From assembly GCA_023473405.1 (NCBI GenBank), contig JAMCZD010000408.1:1-35082 (forward strand): a DNA stretch of 35,082 nucleotides, read 5' to 3'. Each line of letters begins with the position of its first letter. Position 1 is the first letter of the stretch. The stretch comes from Candidatus Omnitrophota bacterium (GTDB lineage Bacteria; Verrucomicrobiota; Verrucomicrobiia; Limisphaerales; UBA1319). Of the stretch, positions 34,501-35,082 are shown one piece after another. A model generated the notes under the pieces. The model searched no databases. It worked only from the letters and a program-made list of their open reading frames with translations, and was not told the DNA's origin. A program made the translations under genes and the position numbers.

Positions 34501-35082
34501 ACCGGCACCATTATCGTTGCCGATCAGCCCATTGCCGTTTTCGGCAGCCATCAATGCGCCAACCTGCCCACCTCGACTACCTTCTTCGGCAACTACCTGG
34601 TCGAACAACTATTTCCCGCCAAAATGTGGGGAACCACGTTTGTCAGCGTCCCGCTCCGCACCCGCTCGAAAGGCGACACCTTCCGGTTCCTGGCCCTGTT
34701 CAACAATACCACCGTAACCACCAATGGAGTACCGATCCCTCACGCGATCAACCAAGGACGGTTCATCGAAGTCCAACTGGCGACCGGGACACAAATCAAC
34801 TCCGACAAACCCATCCTCGTTGCCCAATATGCCAATAGTTCCGATTTCGATAACGTCAAGAATGCCGATCCGTTCATGGTCCTGATCCCGCCCATCGGGC
34901 TTTTTGGCTCGAGCTACGTCGTTCAGACACCCACCGTCGATTTCACCGGTAATTTCATCAATATTATGGCCCCTGCCGCCGCAGTCGGTCAGGTCCGGGT
35001 CGATGGCGCGGTTATTCCCGCCGCCCAATTCTCGCCCATTGGCGCCAGCGGCTTTTCCGGAGCGCAAGTCTCCGTAGCCACC
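31600..35082 (+). CDS. Secreted multidomain protein, 3'-truncated by the window end (signal peptide, 2 Ig-like domains, 6-blade Kelch propeller, Ig-like linker, IgGFc-binding-like domain)
   Basis: This ORF is not in the supplied track. I read frame 1 codon by codon from ATG 31600 to 35082 (1,161 codons) and found no stop. It starts 7 nt after the giant gene's TAG. The N-terminus 'MKPKLFLFAFAWLTTAAFTGGQA/ASY' looks like a Sec signal. All listed - strand ORFs from 31963 to 35067 lie inside it and are shadows. Confidence 0.85.
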   Translation, partial: MKPKLFLFAFAWLTTAAFTGGQAASYSISLAPGWNLIANQVDGANGNGIRIIIPAAPLGSQLMKYNLATKSFGAIETYTAAAGWLPGTNVLNPGEGIYFSNSLSSTFNLTINGISHTPVLPLNIGPGTVLVARQTNDVATIANILGYNPPNFTIVYRFNPGHGFDPDTLASPNYTIYTLKDGAWTSPPGAPVDIRVGESVWVSTNGSPPTIALQPRSQSVCPRDKVAFTIRATGSVPLTYQWFLNNSAIADATNSNYGIATVEPPDLGTYTIKVTNPFGSTVSSNATLTFANPPAAAGPTNTVAYPGDPVSLTTVPSGEGPFSFAWFKNGVLLSGQVTNVLEFPSVGPSDAGTYCVVVYGFCGSATNCATLKVLPSPCCDNKSWITFDQGRIQARRGHAMAYDSARNRVVLFGGYGPKTLMGDTWEWDGSTWTQVATEGPSARAFTAMAYDSRIHLTVLFGGSDAKSPQNDTWTWDGTQWKRLEVVGPSLRSGHSMAYNSALGVTVLFGGQSPDGAPLGDTWVFDGSRWAQVSTGSTNPEPRMRSAMAYGSSQNQTILFGGFGKDTVLGDTWNWDGKQWTRVANSGPPARAFHALAYDDNCDRIVLFGGGKTSASPMGDTWEWDGKNWAEKKAEGPSPRTDHAMAYDSATVQTILFGGMPTTQLPMADTWAWGINQGPLQIVSVYAVCEDNQIVITFSSPVSSASATNLANYQLTCGSTPISISQILLNEDARIVTLITDLPFPVTSGCTLYVHGVRGLCGNVIRSVQQGLECSREPCGLGSGGTDFWLTFPGNYAPDPTNQPQLKLFIAGAPGTIGAVAMPGLATPFLAGYAIPAAGVATVTLPREADLANANELIEKKGIHITASRRVNVYGHNHIRFTTDSFLGLSTSALGKVYMVLTYQNVFNAVPELSGSQFAMVATQDGTTVTVVPSAKVGAHPAGIPFTVPLMRGQTYQLRNTLSAPADLTGTIIVADQPIAVFGSHQCANLPTSTTFFGNYLVEQLFPAKMWGTTFVSVPLRTRSKGDTFRFLALFNNTTVTTNGVPIPHAINQGRFIEVQLATGTQINSDKPILVAQYANSSDFDNVKNADPFMVLIPPIGLFGSSYVVQTPTVDFTGNFINIMAPAAAVGQVRVDGAVIPAAQFSPIGASGFSGAQVSVAT
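32221..32724 (+). other. Two tandem immunoglobulin-like (I-set-like) domains in the downstream ORF
   Basis: 'PTIALQPRSQSVCPRDKVAFTIRATGSVPLTYQWFLNNSAI...DLGTYTIKVTNPFGSTVSSNATLTF' and 'VAYPGDPVSLTTVPSGEGPFSFAWFKNGVLL...SDAGTYCVVVYGFCGSATNCATLKV'. Confidence 0.7.
32782..33615 (+). repeat. Six Kelch-type beta-propeller blades
   Basis: Six units of about 47-50 aa follow the pattern 'R..HAMAYDS....(V/I)(L/I)LFGG........DTW.WDG..W'. Examples: 'RRGHAMAYDSARNRVVLFGGYGPKTLMGDTWEWDGSTWTQV' and 'PRTDHAMAYDSATVQTILFGGMPTTQLPMADTWAWG'. Confidence 0.8.
33949..35082 (+). other. IgGFc-binding-protein N-terminal-like domain (truncated by the window end)
   Basis: It begins 'GTDFWLTFPGNY...LKLFIAG' and continues with 'IHITASRRVNVYG', 'IIVADQPIAVFGSHQCANLP', 'YLVEQLFPAKMWGTTF', 'INSDKPILVAQYANS' and 'DPFMVLIPP'. 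This resembles the FCGBP-N-like domain family as I remember it. Confidence 0.55.

Noticed and set aside
31963-35067. Six - strand ORFs (68-180 aa) and several off-frame + strand ORFs listed by the track
   Set aside because: They lie within the open-ended frame-1 ORF at 31600-35082, which shows clear Ig, Kelch and IgGFc-binding-like motifs. They are shadow ORFs.
12088-35082. Type I secretion genes (ABC transporter, membrane-fusion protein, TolC) or a mobile element flanking the giant gene
   Set aside because: I looked for them in all frames. No ATPase Walker motifs, transposase or integrase-like ORFs, or terminal inverted repeats were seen in the window.

Overview
The window is moderately GC-rich and bacterial, with all genes but one on the + strand. 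The gene content (a giant LEPR-motif/RTX/Calx-beta protein, a signal-peptide Gfo/Idh/MocA oxidoreductase, an Ig+Kelch surface protein) suggests the PVC superphylum (Verrucomicrobiota/Planctomycetota); this is inference only. Layout: (1) 239-1000, a NIF3/YbgI-family gene. (2) 1001-1427, an unusually long structured leader. (3) 1428-12024, a tightly packed ten-gene [NiFe]-hydrogenase operon. It encodes an FdhH-like Mo/W subunit, a HydB/AsrA-like FeS protein, a HydG/AsrB-like FAD/NAD(P) protein, HycI, HycC, HycE, HycD, HycF, HycG and HypA. This is a group-4 formate-hydrogenlyase-type core joined to a sulfhydrogenase-type diaphorase pair, with no HycB. The FdhH-like subunit appears to lack the canonical formate dehydrogenase catalytic residues. 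I consider this operon the best candidate for an undescribed system. (4) 12088-13665, a secreted Gfo/Idh/MocA oxidoreductase (+) and an orphan hypothetical gene (-). (5) 13902-31592, one uninterrupted 5,896-codon ORF with no in-frame ATG near its 5' end. It contains an LEPRVLLSA N-terminal motif, degenerate ~120-150 aa repeats, a ~1,750 aa central region with no domain I recognise, two RTX blocks, six Calx-beta domains and three SdrD-B-like domains. (6) 31600-35082, an open-ended + strand ORF absent from the supplied ORF track (no stop before the window end). It encodes a signal peptide, two Ig-like domains, a six-blade Kelch propeller and an IgGFc-binding-like domain, and starts 7 nt after the giant gene. 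I saw no rRNA, tRNA, CRISPR array, transposase or integrase. All family calls come from reading motifs by eye; no searches were run.
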